Assembly: GCA_047495785.1 (NCBI GenBank)
Contig: JBLDXI010000002.1
Coordinates: 558,001 to 622,000, forward strand
Direction of reading: 5' to 3'
Source of the DNA: Lepidodermella squamata
Lineage: Eukaryota; Animalia; Gastrotricha
Length of the DNA: 64,000 bases
The notes under the pieces were generated by a model. It saw nothing but the letters and a program-made list of their open reading frames with translations. It did no database searches and was not told where the DNA came from. The translations under genes were made by a program, and so were the position numbers. The stretch's first letter is position 1; each line of letters begins with the position of its first letter. Positions 63,291-64,000 of the stretch are shown piece after piece.

Positions 63291-64000
63291 TATCTACAGG
63301 TTTAGAAATCCCAACAAAAATGTGTGTAGCAAAGTGTTTTGAAAGTGAAAAAGGTAGTCTTGAGTCTACTTGTTTCGTATTTAAAGGAGGAAAGGTCGCG
63401 CGATGTCAACATGGTGTCGAGTTATGGACAGGCGAGCTCATCAGATGTTGGGACTACCGTATCCGCCATTAGACGCGCCACCTTGCAATAGATAATTCGC
63501 GCGAAAATTACTGAAGGTAATAATAACCAGAATACCAAAGCTGAAGCTGAAATAATTTAGAAAGTCTCAAAAATTCTCAAAATTTCATAAAAACTTGTTT
63601 ATCGAATCTAGGTACAGCTTTACAGAGCTTCACTTCAAACAGAACCAGATTACCTGAGAGCGGAAAAACGTCAAAAATTTGGATATTATCACAATTGTTT
63701 TTAATTTTTTTTTAAATTTTACCAACCTTATTTATAAAATACCCAAATTTTGCAACGAAGAACTACAACTGAGGCTCCCGCAAATTTTCTGCAAAAATGG
63801 TCTCTAACACCAATTGCCCCAAAATGTCCCAAATAATTGCCCTCAATCACCCCCTCGAATAAACTAAGTTCCGAGAATTTGTCAAAATTCCCTAAAATTT
63901 ATGTTTTGAAATTTTTGAAAATTTTAGGTTTACAATGAACACCAGAGCAAAATTAATTTTGGAGTATTTAGGAGATGAAATGAGCAAAAAAGGCAAATAT

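Noticed and set aside
1-64000. tRNA, rRNA or other structured RNA genes
   Set aside because: None recognised by eye; hairpins are better explained as MITEs. An Infernal/tRNAscan run would be needed to exclude them.

Overview
AT-rich invertebrate genomic DNA, probably a nematode. This is inferred from TTTCAG/TTTTAG acceptors, many 47-90 nt introns and a divergent nuclear receptor; the taxon cannot be fixed from the sequence. Splicing the exons by hand gives about 20 host genes and 2 pseudogenes. Nineteen of the 20 begin with a predicted signal peptide, so the window is almost entirely a secreted/surface-protein island. It holds six genes built from a fused module of a mostly 4-Cys LDLa domain and a loop-extended Kunitz domain. 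It also holds five GPI-type Ly6/uPAR three-finger genes, two PAN/Apple genes plus an inverted pseudogene, and four signal-peptide ankyrin genes with no transmembrane segment (two fused to Sushi or Sushi+LDLa). The remainder are an acidic SxE-rich protein, a 72-aa CC-CCC-C-C-C cysteine peptide missed by the ORF track, and one nuclear hormone receptor. Mobile elements: an intact 3,022-bp hAT (15-bp TIR, 8-bp TSD, 792-aa transposase) inside a Ly6 intron; a 2.3-kb CACTA element splitting an ankyrin exon; a 1.55-kb CACTG element; and several MITE families. All gene models are manual and unverified by transcript data.
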